A stretch of DNA of 64,000 nt, taken from NCBI GenBank assembly GCA_965215335.1, contig CBDCDA010000001.1, forward strand, positions 1,728,001 to 1,792,000. Reading direction: 5' to 3'. Position numbers and translations under genes: made by a program. The notes beneath the pieces were generated by a model. It was not told where the DNA came from. It made no database searches and worked only from the letters and a program-made list of their open reading frames with translations. Of this stretch, positions 10,379 to 23,437 are shown in pieces; the first letter of the stretch is position 1; every line of letters begins with the position of its first letter. This DNA is from an uncultured Candidatus Entotheonella sp. GTDB lineage: Bacteria; Tectomicrobia; Entotheonellia; Entotheonellales; Entotheonellaceae.

Positions 10379-10717
10379 TCAATAAAGCAGAAACCGCCAG
10401 AGACCGTTCAGCGCCGTCAAGGCCACGGCGCCGATCAGCGTGGTGGTCAGGTTCTCGATCTCGAAACCCTCGATCAGCTTGTCGGTCAGGAACAGCAGAA
10501 AGGCGTTGATGACGAAGACGAACAGCCCGAAGGTGAGCAGCATCGGGATGAAGGCGATGAAACCGAGAATGCCCGACAGCAGGGTCTGCAGCAAGCCGTA
10601 GACGAGGGCGGCGAGCAGGGCGTGGCCGAAATTGCGGAGGTGGAATCCCGGCAGGAACCTTGCGATGACGGTGAGCGAACCGGCGGACAGAAGCAGGTAA
10701 ACGAGCCAGCGTATCAT
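10379..10717 (-). CDS. 4-TM phage holin superfamily IV (YvlD/DUF360) membrane protein
   Basis: ALLAALVYGLL, PMLLTFGLFVFVINAFLL, IEGFEI. Confidence 0.85.
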   Translation of the reverse strand: MIRWLVYLLLSAGSLTVIARFLPGFHLRNFGHALLAALVYGLLQTLLSGILGFIAFIPMLLTFGLFVFVINAFLLFLTDKLIEGFEIENLTTTLIGAVALTALNGLWRFLLY

Positions 10718-10946
10718 CCTCAACTCCCGTGGCGAGGGGTGAATGGCGGCGAAGCCATCTGGACTTTGTAAGCCCGCATCGTCCCGGAGGTCAAGACCAA
10801 AACCCCCGGTGCGGGGCTCGACGGGTGGCGGCGTTGGCACTTCTCACGGCTGCCAACTTGTATTAGACTCTACCGCATCGACACGCCTCACCAGCGCGCC
10901 CGTCTGGTCCCTGGCGCGCGTTCAACCCCTTCACGGAACCCATACC

Positions 10947-12218
10947 ATGGCACAAGAAGGCATGTCTGTGGAAGCGCAGGTTGACCTGCTGATGCGCGGT
11001 ACCCGCTTTGCCGACGAGGCCGATTCCCGGGCCGTCGAGGTACCCGAGGGCGGCGGGTTGCGGAGCCGCATGCGGGCCGAACTGCGCGACAAGCTGCGGG
11101 CAGGGCGGCCGTTGCGTGTCTATCTGGGCGTCGATCCCACCAGCACCGAGCTCCACGTCGGGCACTTCGTCCCGCTACAGAAGCTGCGCAGGTTTCAGGA
11201 ACTGGGCCATCAGGTGGTCTTCCTGATCGGCGATTACACGGCGACCATCGGCGACCCCAGCGAGCGGACGAGCGAGAGAAAGCGCCTGACACACGAACAC
11301 GTACTGGCACTGGCCAGCAGCTACACCGAGCAGGCCTGTCGCATCCTCGATTCCGACAAGACCGAGGTGCGTTACAACGGCGACTGGCTGGGGAAGCTCT
11401 CCTTTGCCGACATCATCGAGCTGGCCAGCATCTTTCCGCTGAAGCAGATCGTCGCCCGCCGCGATTTTCAGCGCCGCATGGAGCAGGGCGAGGCGCTGCG
11501 CTTTCACGAATCGCTGTACGCGCTGATGCAGGGCTATGACGCCTATATGCTGAAGTGCGACGTGCAGGTGGGCGGCTACGACCAGCATTTCAACATGCTG
11601 GCCGGACGCGCCATTCAGGAGCACTTCGGCGACCCGCCGCACGTCATGCTGACCAATCCGTTGCTCGTCGGCACCGATGGGCGCAGCAAGATGTCGAAGA
11701 GCTACGGCAACGTCATCAACGTTCACGACGCGCCGTTCGACATGTACGGCAAAACGATGCGCATGGCCGACGCGCACATTCAGACCTACCTGGAGCTCGC
11801 CAGCTCGCTCGACGCCGAAGCCATCGACGCCGAGGTGCAACGGCTGCAGGACGGCGCCAACCCGATGGTGGTGAAGAAGCGGCTGGCCTTCGACCTGGTG
11901 CGGCAGTACCACGGCGAGGCGGCGGCGGCCGCGGCGGCGGAAACGTTTCAGCGGGTCGTGCAGCACCAGCAAGCGCCCGACGAGGTGCCGCAAGTGAGCG
12001 TGCCGGCGCATTTGCAGGGGGTGACGTGGGTGGACCTGTGCGCCGACCTGGAATTGTGTCCCTCGAAAGCCGAGGCGCGCCGCCTGGTACGCCAGGGCGG
12101 CTTTTACGTTGAACAGACGCCGGTGACGGATACCGAGGCGCGCGCGGAGGTGCCGCCGCCGGGTGTCCTGGTGCGGCTGGGCAAGCGGCGTTATTACCGC
12201 CTGCTGCCCGGCGCCTGA
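10947..12218 (+). CDS. tyrS: Tyrosine--tRNA ligase
   Basis: YLGVDPT..LHVGH, IGDPS, QGYD, GGYDQHFN, KMSKS, C-terminal S4 domain (RRLVRQGG, LGKRRY). Start could instead be ATG 10962. Confidence 0.95.
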   Translation: MAQEGMSVEAQVDLLMRGTRFADEADSRAVEVPEGGGLRSRMRAELRDKLRAGRPLRVYLGVDPTSTELHVGHFVPLQKLRRFQELGHQVVFLIGDYTATIGDPSERTSERKRLTHEHVLALASSYTEQACRILDSDKTEVRYNGDWLGKLSFADIIELASIFPLKQIVARRDFQRRMEQGEALRFHESLYALMQGYDAYMLKCDVQVGGYDQHFNMLAGRAIQEHFGDPPHVMLTNPLLVGTDGRSKMSKSYGNVINVHDAPFDMYGKTMRMADAHIQTYLELASSLDAEAIDAEVQRLQDGANPMVVKKRLAFDLVRQYHGEAAAAAAAETFQRVVQHQQAPDEVPQVSVPAHLQGVTWVDLCADLELCPSKAEARRLVRQGGFYVEQTPVTDTEARAEVPPPGVLVRLGKRRYYRLLPGA

Positions 12219-12330
12219 TCCCGGCGCGGTTGACATTTCCCCCTGGTCGTCAGGGGGGCCGTTTTCTGGTTCGGCCGCTTTGCGCGGTTTGTGTGTTTTG
12301 AATTTGCGTGTCTTGAAGGAGATCAGGACT

Positions 12331-13131
12331 GTGAACGTTATCGTCACCCTCAAGCAGGTGCCGGATCCGGAGGCGCCCAAGGAGACCTTTCGGATTGACC
12401 AAGCGGCGATGAAGATCCTCAATCCGCCCAACGTCGACCCGGTGATCAACGGCTACGACGAAAACGCCATCGAAGCGGCGCTGCAGATCAAGGCGGCGGC
12501 GGGCGGCAAGGTGGTCGGCGTGTCGATGGGCGAGGCGGGCGCCGCCCGCGCCCTCAAGCAGGCGATGGCGATGGGGGTGGACGAGGGCGTCCTGCTGCAG
12601 GATGAATCCTTTGCGGATGCCGACGCCACCTCGACCGCCTACGTGCTGGCTCGCGCTATCGAGAAGGTCGGCTCGTACGGGCTGATCCTATGTGGGCGCC
12701 AGGCGTCGGACTGGGATCAATCGCAGGTGCCATCGGGCATCGCCGAGCTGCTTGGACTGCCAAGCGTGACTGCCGTGCAAAAGGTGGCGCTGCAAGACGA
12801 TGCGGTGCGGGTCGAGCGCATCCTGGAAGACGGCTACGAGGTGCTGGATATTCGCGGGCCGTGCGTGGTGACGGTGAGCAACGAGGCCAACAAGCCGCGC
12901 TACCCGACGCTGAAGGGCATCATGGCGGCGGGCAAGAAGCAGATTCCGATCTGGGACGCCGCGCAACTGGGGGTCGATGCGGCCCAGGTCGGCAGCGCCG
13001 GCGCGCTGACCCGCGTCAGCAAGCTGTACGTGCCGAGTTTCGACGGCGCCTGCGAATTCATCGCCGGCGACACGCCCGAGGAGATGGGGGCGAATCTGGC
13101 CCTGCGCCTGCGGGAGTTGAAGATTATCTGA
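12331..13131 (+). CDS. etfB: Electron transfer flavoprotein beta subunit
   Basis: KQVPD, YDENAIEAAL, GRQASD, PRYPTLKGIMAA. Confidence 0.93.
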   Translation: MNVIVTLKQVPDPEAPKETFRIDQAAMKILNPPNVDPVINGYDENAIEAALQIKAAAGGKVVGVSMGEAGAARALKQAMAMGVDEGVLLQDESFADADATSTAYVLARAIEKVGSYGLILCGRQASDWDQSQVPSGIAELLGLPSVTAVQKVALQDDAVRVERILEDGYEVLDIRGPCVVTVSNEANKPRYPTLKGIMAAGKKQIPIWDAAQLGVDAAQVGSAGALTRVSKLYVPSFDGACEFIAGDTPEEMGANLALRLRELKII

Positions 13132-13175
13132 ATACCGGGACGCCTCGCAGAATCGAACGACGGAGGGATAGAAGC

Positions 13176-14171
13176 ATGACTCGGGGCATCATGATTTTCG
13201 CGGAAACGACCGGCGCCGCGCTGGCGCCGATTGCCAAGGAGATGTGCGGCGTCGGACGCCGCCTCGCCGATGCGCTCGGTGAGCCGTTGATTGCCGCGGT
13301 GATCGGTAGCGGCGTTGGCGGCGCGGGTCGAGAGGCCATCGCGCACGGCGCCGACCGCGCTTACGTGGCGGACGCGGATGTGTTGCAGACCTACCAGACG
13401 GCGTCGTATTGCACGGTGATGGGCCAGATTGCCGAGCAGGCGGAGCCGGAAGTTCTGCTCGTCGGGATGAGCGACAACGGCCGCGACCTCGGCCCGCGGC
13501 TGGCCTTCCGGCTGCGCACCGGGCTGGCCTCGGACTGCGTCGACCTGAGCATCAACGCCGAGACGCGCCTGCTGGAAGCAACCCGTCCGGTGTCGGGCGG
13601 CAACGCGATGGCGACCGTGGTGATCGAAAAGACACGGCCACAGATGGCCACGGTGCGGGCCAAGACCATGCCGGCCGCCGCGCCGGACGCCGGGCGGCAG
13701 GGCGACGTCGTTGCCGTTGACGTGTCCGTGGATGCCGCTTCGCTGCCGGTGACCGTCGTTGAGCGCGTCGAGGCCGAATCGGAGGGGGTGCGGCTGGAGG
13801 ACGCCGCCATCGTCATCTCCGGCGGGCGCGGCCTGAAGGGGCCGGACGACTTCTACGCCATCCTGGATCCCTGCGCCAAGGCGCTCGGCGGCGCCATCGG
13901 CGCCTCGCGCGCCGCCGTGGACGAGGGCTGGGTACCCACGCAGCTGCAGGTGGGACTGACCGGCAAGATCGTCAGCCCGAAGCTGTACGTCGCCTGCGCC
14001 ATCTCCGGGGCGGCGCAGCACATGGCCGGTTGCGGCTACTCGAAAACCATCGTGGCGGTGAACCGGGACCCCGACGCCCCGATCTACCAGCGCGCCGATA
14101 TCGGCATCGTGGGCGATTACAAGAAGGTCATCCCGGCCTTCCAGGCCAAGTGCGCCGAACTGCTCGGCTGA
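13176..14171 (+). CDS. etfA: Electron transfer flavoprotein alpha subunit
   Basis: [44 protein letters not shown]. Confidence 0.95.
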   Translation: MTRGIMIFAETTGAALAPIAKEMCGVGRRLADALGEPLIAAVIGSGVGGAGREAIAHGADRAYVADADVLQTYQTASYCTVMGQIAEQAEPEVLLVGMSDNGRDLGPRLAFRLRTGLASDCVDLSINAETRLLEATRPVSGGNAMATVVIEKTRPQMATVRAKTMPAAAPDAGRQGDVVAVDVSVDAASLPVTVVERVEAESEGVRLEDAAIVISGGRGLKGPDDFYAILDPCAKALGGAIGASRAAVDEGWVPTQLQVGLTGKIVSPKLYVACAISGAAQHMAGCGYSKTIVAVNRDPDAPIYQRADIGIVGDYKKVIPAFQAKCAELLG

Positions 14172-14233
14172 CGCCGTGTTCTGCCGGCGCGCCCGTTGAC
14201 GGACCCCTTCCGTGAACACCGCAAAGGAGACCG

Positions 14234-14713
14234 ATGATGATCGTAGAGGAAATTGCCAGGCGGTTGCTGGCTCAGGGCAGGCGGGTGTCGGTGGCGGAAG
14301 CCGACACCTGCGGACTGGTCGGCTACCTGCTGAGCACGGTGCCGGGCAGCTCGAAGTATTTTCCCGGCGGCGTCATTGCCTACACCGGCGGCCTCAAGCA
14401 GAGCATCCTGGGCGTGCCCGACGAGCTGTACGCCGCCAAGGGCAGCGTCAGTCCCGAGGTGGCGAGCGCCATGGCCCGGGGTGCGCGCGACCTCACGGGC
14501 ACCGACTACGGCCTGTCGGTGACGGGCGTGGCCGGTCCGGCCGGCGGCCAGCCCGGCGCGCCCATCGGCACCTTTTACGTGGCGGTGGCCGGCCCCGACG
14601 GCCTTGACGTGGCGGAACGCATCCAGACAGACGCGGCCGACCGCGACGGCAACAAGCGCCAGGCGGCGCAGGCCGTCCTGGACTTGCTTGGCCGCCATCT
14701 GCCGGCCGCATGA
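14234..14713 (+). CDS. CinA/PncC-domain protein
   Basis: VAE.DT.GL, PGSSKYF.GG..AY, GSVS.EVA..MA.G, TGVAGP.GG. Confidence 0.88.
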   Translation: MMIVEEIARRLLAQGRRVSVAEADTCGLVGYLLSTVPGSSKYFPGGVIAYTGGLKQSILGVPDELYAAKGSVSPEVASAMARGARDLTGTDYGLSVTGVAGPAGGQPGAPIGTFYVAVAGPDGLDVAERIQTDAADRDGNKRQAAQAVLDLLGRHLPAA

Positions 14714-14733
14714 GGCGGGCCTGTCGTTTCCGG

Positions 14734-15075
14734 CTACCAGTTCACCAGATGCGGCTTTTGCTGCCGCCAGCCGGCGTCGGAGGGGAAGATGGTGGCCAGC
14801 ACAATGGCCTGCGGGTCGCCGTCGAACCAGTCCTGCACGGTCTCCCGCCATTTGACGTAGTGCGGCGCGTTGCGGTGGGCGGTCAGATGGTCGTCCTGTG
14901 TCTCGTACACCTCGTACAGGTAGAACGTATCGGGGTCGGACGGGCTCCGGTGAATATCGAACCGCAGGCAGCCGGGCTCGTCGCGCACCGACCCCTGAGC
15001 GTCCCCCAGGCTGGCCTCCCTGAACTGCTCCGAGAATCCCGGCTTGATCTTGATGGTCACGAAGATGGCGTACAT
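14734..15075 (-). CDS. ABM-family (putative quinol monooxygenase/LsrG-like) protein
   Basis: SVRDEPGCLRFD, FYLYEVY, AH...PHY..W. Confidence 0.88.
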   Translation of the reverse strand: MYAIFVTIKIKPGFSEQFREASLGDAQGSVRDEPGCLRFDIHRSPSDPDTFYLYEVYETQDDHLTAHRNAPHYVKWRETVQDWFDGDPQAIVLATIFPSDAGWRQQKPHLVNW

Positions 15076-15186
15076 GGCTGCTCCCTTCTCTCCTCCTGTC
15101 AAGGCGATGAAGCGGCGGGCTGATCCCCGATAGGGCCGCATCGTGAAACTGCCGAGCGATCGGCCATTATAGGGACGAGCGGATAC

Positions 15187-16146
15187 GTGGACAAGCAACC
15201 GCGCGGGTCAGCCCTGCGCACGAGAGGCGACGTCTTCCTCCGGTCCCTGAGCGTTCTGCTCTTGCTCGGCGCAACCCACCTGGCTGCGGCGCAGCCAGGT
15301 GTTCGTCCGGAAACGGCGGCGCAACCGCGGCCGTGGACGATCCACGCCACGCAGCGCTACCAGACCGCAAGCGAGATGGAGGAGCGCCGCGGCAGGATGG
15401 CATGGCACGAAAGCACGGTCGGGCTCTCCACCGGCATCTTCCTTCCGGGGGCGGGCCTGCTGAGAGCCGGCGTGGACTATGCCCACGTCCGGTTTGCATT
15501 TGCTCCGGACCTCCGGCTTGACTCGGCGGACCCGGTGCCGTTCCGGCGCGTCCATGCCATGCGGTTGTCTGCACAGCTCTTCAGACCGCTTTCGACCACC
15601 TGGAACAGTCAGATTTTCGGTGCCGTCACCAGCGCGTTCGAATCCGCGGCCCTGCCGGACGACGCCCTGAGCGGCGTCGTGGGCCTGGGCGTCATGCGCC
15701 GCTTCTCCGACCGTCTGTCGGCCGGCCTCGGGGCGATACTGCTCTACCCATTGGGCAACCAGGCCGTCACCCTCGTGCCCATCGCCCTGGTTGACTGGCA
15801 GATCGCGGATCGCCTGACGTTTCGCAGTCGCCGAGACATCACGCTCTCCTACCAGGTCGACACGCGGGGACGCCTGTCGGTGGCAGCCGTGGGCGCCTTG
15901 TTTGACCGCAGGCAGTTTCGCCTCGATGGCAGGGGATCGGTTCGGGAGGGCGTTGCGGAGTTGAAGGGCCTGGAAGTCGGGGGCCGGGTCACCTGGAAGC
16001 CAGCCGCGGCGCTGACGGTCCTGCTGTCCGCAGGAACCACGCTTGGCCAGGAGCTGACCCTTGAGGACCGTACCGGGAGAAAGGTCGTCGATCTCGACGT
16101 CGACGCGGCGCTCCAGCTGACACTCGCCTTGCGCTATCGCCTTTAG
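15187..16146 (+). CDS. Putative outer-membrane beta-barrel protein
   Basis: Signal peptide (LLLLGATHLAAA), alternating amphipathic strands, C-terminal LRYRL. Confidence 0.6.
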   Translation: MDKQPRGSALRTRGDVFLRSLSVLLLLGATHLAAAQPGVRPETAAQPRPWTIHATQRYQTASEMEERRGRMAWHESTVGLSTGIFLPGAGLLRAGVDYAHVRFAFAPDLRLDSADPVPFRRVHAMRLSAQLFRPLSTTWNSQIFGAVTSAFESAALPDDALSGVVGLGVMRRFSDRLSAGLGAILLYPLGNQAVTLVPIALVDWQIADRLTFRSRRDITLSYQVDTRGRLSVAAVGALFDRRQFRLDGRGSVREGVAELKGLEVGGRVTWKPAAALTVLLSAGTTLGQELTLEDRTGRKVVDLDVDAALQLTLALRYRL

Positions 16147-16392
16147 GCCGAAGAGCCTGACGACCTCGGTGAGCAAGACGGCATCGCCAACCTGTGCCCC
16201 GGCGTGATCTCCGCATGCCCGCCCGCGAGCGTCACCCGCAAAGCCCGACTCGCTTTCGCGTATTTGCGCAAGAATATCCCGCGCCAGGTCCGGGGTGGTG
16301 CCCTTTTCCGGCAGCAGCGTGGCCAGGAACCGGCGCGGCGTGCCGCCCATGCTGGCGATGTCGTTGGCAAGGTTGATTTTTGTGTGTCGCAA
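16143..16392 (-). pseudogene. Frameshifted fragment of an AIR synthase-related (PurM/ThiL/HypE family) gene
   Basis: NLANDIASMGGTPRRFLATLLP in one frame, VTLAGGHAEITPG in another, then GDAVLLT; both ends missing. Confidence 0.65.
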
Positions 16393-16486
16393 GATGACAT
16401 GCTACCCTGTATCCGGCAGACACGAAGACGAAGGATTGACGAGCGTGGCGGACGGGCGAAGCGTCTTGATGGGAAAAGGGAAAGGA

Positions 16487-18958
<2,472 letters not shown>

Positions 18959-19034
18959 GCGCCCCGGCGCGCCTGCAAAATCTCGCCGGTGGAACGCCGG
19001 ATGACGCCTCGCCAATCCGGCCCGGGGCAAACTC

Positions 19035-20042
19035 ATGATGGTGCGTGAAGTCGGCGAATTTGCCCTGCTGGCGCGCTTGCAGCGACGGCTGAAGCAGGCC
19101 GATGCGCCGCCGGTCGTGCGCGGCATCGGCGACGACTGCGCGGTGCTGCGTCCCGCTGACGGACACGACCTGCTGGTCACGACGGACACGCAGGAAGAAG
19201 GCGTGCACTTCCGGCGCGATTGGTCAACGCCGGAGGACATCGGCTGGCGCTGCCTGGCGGTGAACGTCAGCGACATCGCAGCCATGGGCGGCGTGCCGCT
19301 GGGGGCAGTGGTGGCGCTGTCGCTGCCGGAAACGCTGGCCGTAGCGTTCGCCGAGGCGATGTACGACGGCCTGAGCGCCCTGGCGGTGGCCTGCGATTGC
19401 CCGGTCGTCGGCGGCAACCTCAGCAAGTCCGCCGAACGGCTGTCGGTGACGATTACCGTGCTCGGTTCGACGCCGCGGGACGGCGCCGCGTATCGCGCCT
19501 CGGCCCGTGGCGGCGACGGCATCTGGGTCACCGGCGACCTCGGCGCCGCCAAGGCCGGGCTGGAAGCGCTGATTCATCCGCAGGCGGTGGCCGGATTGCC
19601 CACCGATGCGGTGCTGTCGCGCTACCGGCGTCCCCGGCCGCGGCTGCGGGAGGCGCTGTTCCTGCGCCGGCACGGCGCGCGCAGCCTGATCGATCTCAGC
19701 GACGGCTTGTCGAGCGACCTGGCACACGTCTGCGCGGCCAGCGGCGTGGGCGCGCGGCTGCACGCCGAACGCATCCCGATCAGCGACGAAACGCGCCGCG
19801 TGGCTGACGCCCTCGGCCTGGACGCGCTCGCGGTCGCCCTGCACGGCGGCGAGGATTTCGAGTTGTGCCTGACGGCGCCGCCCGGCGCCGCGGCGTCACT
19901 GGAGCAGGGCTTGCGCGACCGGTTCGATTGCCCGCTGACCCGTATCGGCACCATCCAGGCCAGCGCCGGCGTCACCCTCCACTACCCGGACGGCAGTGCT
20001 GAGGCTTTGGCCGCCGGCGGTCACGATCATTTCCGCATCTGA
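19035..20042 (+). CDS. thiL: Thiamine-monophosphate kinase
   Basis: GIGDDCAV, GVHF, NVSDIAAMG, DLSDGL, GGEDFEL, GHDHF. Confidence 0.94.
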   Translation: MMVREVGEFALLARLQRRLKQADAPPVVRGIGDDCAVLRPADGHDLLVTTDTQEEGVHFRRDWSTPEDIGWRCLAVNVSDIAAMGGVPLGAVVALSLPETLAVAFAEAMYDGLSALAVACDCPVVGGNLSKSAERLSVTITVLGSTPRDGAAYRASARGGDGIWVTGDLGAAKAGLEALIHPQAVAGLPTDAVLSRYRRPRPRLREALFLRRHGARSLIDLSDGLSSDLAHVCAASGVGARLHAERIPISDETRRVADALGLDALAVALHGGEDFELCLTAPPGAAASLEQGLRDRFDCPLTRIGTIQASAGVTLHYPDGSAEALAAGGHDHFRI

Positions 20043-20178
20043 TCCGCCGGACCGGCGGGATTGACTTGCGGCTCCATCTCGTCAAGAATGGCCCTGTTGC
20101 CAAATCGTTTCGTGCCTTGAAGACAGCGGGCAGATGCGCATGGCCGGCTTGAGAAAGAGAGCTGAAAAGGAGCAAGTG

Positions 20179-21183
20179 ATGAACCGTTCGGGAGGGTGTT
20201 CTGGGATCATGGCGGCCGTCGCGCTGGCGGCACTGATTGTCACCTCCGGCATGGCGCTCGCCGCTTGCGGAAAAGTGACCATTGGCGAAATGAACTGGCC
20301 GTCGGCAAGCGTGATCGCCAACGTCGAAAAGTTCATCCTGAAGGCGGGCTACGGCTGCGAGGTCGAGCTGGTGCAGACCGCCCTGGTACCGGCCATGACC
20401 TCGATGGTAGAGAAGGGCGAGCCCGACGTCGCCTCGGAGATCTGGATCAATTCCGTCAGGGAGAGCTTCGAGAAGGGCGTTGCCGAGGGCCGTCTCGTGT
20501 CTGCCGGCAACGTGCTGTCGGACGGCGGTATCGAGGGGTGGTGGATTCCCGCGTACTTCGCCGCGGCGCACCCCGACATCCGCACCGTGCAGCAGGTGCT
20601 GGACAACGCGCAGTTGTTCCAGGACCCGGAGGACCCGTCCAGGGGCCGCTTTTACAACTGCCCGTCCGGCTGGGCCTGCAAGATCATCAACAGCAATCTT
20701 TTCCGCGCCTACGGCCTGGACGAGCGCTTCAACGACTTCAACCCGGGCTCGGCCGAAGGGCTGGCCAGCTCTATTGTCAAGGCCTACGAACGGCAGGAGC
20801 CCTGGTTCGGCTACTACTGGACGCCGACCGCCATCCTGGGCAAGTATCCCATGGTGATGGTCGAACTGGCCGATTTCGACGCCGCCGGGCATGCGTGCAA
20901 CTCCAGGGAAAATTGCGACAAACCCTATCCCGGACGTTATCCCGTCGGCCGGGTGGTAGCGGCGGCGACGCGGGCGTTCGCGGACAGCCACCCCGACGAG
21001 TTGGCCTTCATCAGCAACGTCTCCTTTCCCAACGACGTGATGAACGCCGTGCTGGCGTGGGGCGAGGACAACCAGGCCGAGGGTAACGAAATGGCCGGCT
21101 ATTTCGTCGTGAAGCACGAGGCGCTGTGGTCTTCATGGCTGCCGGAGGACGTGGCGGCCAGGGTGAAAGCGGCCCTGCAATAA
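20179..21183 (+). CDS. proX: Glycine betaine/proline ABC transporter substrate-binding protein
   Basis: Signal peptide; MNWPSA, GYGC, CPSGWAC, YYWTPT; operon context. Confidence 0.88.
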   Translation: MNRSGGCSGIMAAVALAALIVTSGMALAACGKVTIGEMNWPSASVIANVEKFILKAGYGCEVELVQTALVPAMTSMVEKGEPDVASEIWINSVRESFEKGVAEGRLVSAGNVLSDGGIEGWWIPAYFAAAHPDIRTVQQVLDNAQLFQDPEDPSRGRFYNCPSGWACKIINSNLFRAYGLDERFNDFNPGSAEGLASSIVKAYERQEPWFGYYWTPTAILGKYPMVMVELADFDAAGHACNSRENCDKPYPGRYPVGRVVAAATRAFADSHPDELAFISNVSFPNDVMNAVLAWGEDNQAEGNEMAGYFVVKHEALWSSWLPEDVAARVKAALQ

Positions 21184-21196
21184 ATACGCGAGAGCC

Positions 21197-21223
21197 GGGC
21201 GGCCCACGCACCGTGGGCCGCCC
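21197..21223 (+). other. 12-bp intercistronic hairpin after proX
   Basis: GGGCGGCCCACG-CAC-CGTGGGCCGCCC; typical of stem-loops that stabilise the substrate-binding-protein mRNA. Confidence 0.5.
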
Positions 21224-21268
21224 ATGGGTGCGCCGATCCCCGGCGTCGGCTTGCGGGGGGCAGGAATC

Positions 21269-22261
21269 ATGCCGTGGTTGGAAAACGTCGTCGTCCTGCT
21301 CGGACTGCGCGCCGCCTGCAACCCGGAAGACGGCGCCAGCGAGCAACTCTTCGCGCTCAATCGCGCGGAGCCGAATTTCCCGTCTCTGGATCAATTCAGC
21401 GCCGCCTGCCCCGCCCTGCCCCGCATTCGCGACCTGCAAAAGGCCATCGACACCGGCTACAGAGACTTCACCCGCTCGTGGGGCGACGTCATCGAGTCCT
21501 TCTTCAACCCCTTCCTCGACTTCCTCGTCTGGACCGAAAACCTGCTGGTCGGCGCCCCGTGGTGGCTGATCCTCGTCGTCATCACCGCCCTCGTCTGTCT
21601 GACGACCCGGCGGCGGCTGCACACCGCGGCGGTCGTCGTGGTGCTGGCGGTCATCGGGTTCTTCGGCATGTGGGACGACGCCATGCGGACGCTGTCGTTC
21701 ATCCTCGTCTGCACCCTCATCTGCATCCTGCTCGGCATCCCCATCGGCGTGCTGATGGCGCGCTCCGGCCGCATGCGCACCACCGTCACGCCCGTCCTGG
21801 ACGTCATGCAGACCATGCCGAGCTTCGTGTACCTGATCCCGGTCGTCATGCTGTTCGGGGTCGGCAAGGTGCCCGGCGCCATCGCCGTGATCGCCTACGC
21901 CATTCCGCCCGTCATTCGTCTCACCGACCTGGGCATTCGCCTGGTCGACCGGGAAGTCCTGGAGGCGAGCGAGGCGTTCGGGGCCAGCAACTGGCAGAAG
22001 CTGATCGACGTCCAGATGCCGCTGGCGCTGCCGAACATCCTGGCCGGGGTCAACCAGACGATCATGATGGCACTCGCCATGGTGGTCATCGCGTCGATGG
22101 TGGCGGTGCGCGGCCTGGGGACCGAGGTGCTGGAAGCGGTGACCAATCAGCACCTCGCCAAGGGCCTGTTCAACGGTCTGGCCGTGGTGGCCTTAGCGGT
22201 CATGTTCGACCGCGTGACGCGGCAGACGATTCTGCAGAGCCAGAAGCACGTGCAGGGGTAA
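21269..22261 (+). CDS. proW: Glycine betaine/proline ABC transporter permease
   Basis: LDVMQTMPSFVYLIP, EASEAFGA (EAA loop), AGVNQTIMMAL. Confidence 0.92.
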   Translation: MPWLENVVVLLGLRAACNPEDGASEQLFALNRAEPNFPSLDQFSAACPALPRIRDLQKAIDTGYRDFTRSWGDVIESFFNPFLDFLVWTENLLVGAPWWLILVVITALVCLTTRRRLHTAAVVVVLAVIGFFGMWDDAMRTLSFILVCTLICILLGIPIGVLMARSGRMRTTVTPVLDVMQTMPSFVYLIPVVMLFGVGKVPGAIAVIAYAIPPVIRLTDLGIRLVDREVLEASEAFGASNWQKLIDVQMPLALPNILAGVNQTIMMALAMVVIASMVAVRGLGTEVLEAVTNQHLAKGLFNGLAVVALAVMFDRVTRQTILQSQKHVQG

Positions 22262-22268
22262 CGACGGC

Positions 22269-23300
22269 ATGCCGGAAGCCAAGATCGTCGTCGAGCGGCT
22301 GTACAAGATTTTCGGACCGGCGCCCGCCGAGGCGCTGGCACGCGCCAAGGCGGGCGTCAGCAAGCAGCGCCTGCTCACCGATTACGGCCACGTTCTCGCC
22401 CTGGCGGACGTCAACCTTGCCATCGCGGACCGGAAAATCTTCGTGGTCATGGGGCTGTCCGGCTCCGGCAAGTCAACGCTCATTCGCCATTTCAACCGCC
22501 TGATCGAGCCAACCGAGGGCACGATCAGCATCGACGGGCAGGACGTGCTGCGGCTGTCGCGCCGCCACCTGGAGGCATTCCGCCGCCAGAAGATGAGCAT
22601 GGTCTTTCAGCGCTTCGGACTGCTGCCGCACCGCACCGTGCTGCAAAACGTCGGGTACGGTCTGGCGGTGCAGAACCTCGGCAAGGCGGACGTCGGCCGT
22701 CGGGCCATGCAGTGGATCGAGCAGGTGGGTCTGGAGGGGTTCGAGAATCATTACCCGGGGCAGCTTTCCGGCGGCATGCAGCAGCGCGTCGGCCTGGCGC
22801 GCGCCCTGGCCACCGACGCCGAGATTCTCCTCATGGACGAGGCGTTCAGCGCCCTCGACCCGCTCATCCGCACCAGCATGCAGGACCTGCTGCTGGAACT
22901 CCAGACGAAACTGAGCAAGACCATCGTGCTCATCACGCACGACCTCGACGAGGCCCTGAAGCTGGGCGACACCATCGCCATCCTCAACGACGGCATGGTG
23001 GTGCAGGCGGGCGACCCGCAGGACGTCATCATGCACCCGGCCAACGAGTACGTCGAGAACTTCGTGCAGGACGTCAACCGCGCGCGGGTGATCCGCGCCC
23101 GTTCGATCATGGGACCCGTTACGGCAGCAGCCAACGGCGCCGACCCGCAGGTCGAGGTGACGGCGAACGACAATCTGGAAGCCGTGCTCGCCGCCATGCA
23201 GGGCGATCCCGACGGCTGCGTCGGCGTGACGCAGGACGGGCTGACGGTAGGCACCATCACGGCCCGCAGAATGCTGGAAGTGCTGCCACCGCAGCGCTGA
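22269..23300 (+). CDS. proV: Glycine betaine/proline ABC transporter ATP-binding protein
   Basis: GLSGSGKS, LSGGMQQRVGLARAL, MDEAFSALDPLIR. Confidence 0.95.
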   Translation: MPEAKIVVERLYKIFGPAPAEALARAKAGVSKQRLLTDYGHVLALADVNLAIADRKIFVVMGLSGSGKSTLIRHFNRLIEPTEGTISIDGQDVLRLSRRHLEAFRRQKMSMVFQRFGLLPHRTVLQNVGYGLAVQNLGKADVGRRAMQWIEQVGLEGFENHYPGQLSGGMQQRVGLARALATDAEILLMDEAFSALDPLIRTSMQDLLLELQTKLSKTIVLITHDLDEALKLGDTIAILNDGMVVQAGDPQDVIMHPANEYVENFVQDVNRARVIRARSIMGPVTAAANGADPQVEVTANDNLEAVLAAMQGDPDGCVGVTQDGLTVGTITARRMLEVLPPQR

Positions 23301-23437
23301 ACCGGGTCCCGCGACTTGCAGGGGTCGCCGCGCGGCAGGGGCCTGCACGGTCTTGATGGCCGACCGCATCCCCGCCGGATTGAACGGCTCCTCGCCCGGG
23401 TTCGGATCTGCCCACGCCGGGCGTTTCCTCACGGTCC

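Noticed and set aside
10379..10717. Holin-family gene as evidence of a prophage
   Set aside because: The YvlD/DUF360 family is commonly chromosomal, and no other phage genes are nearby.
10720..10946. T-box riboswitch upstream of tyrS (leuS and aspS leaders also checked)
   Set aside because: No T-box consensus followed by a terminator was visible.
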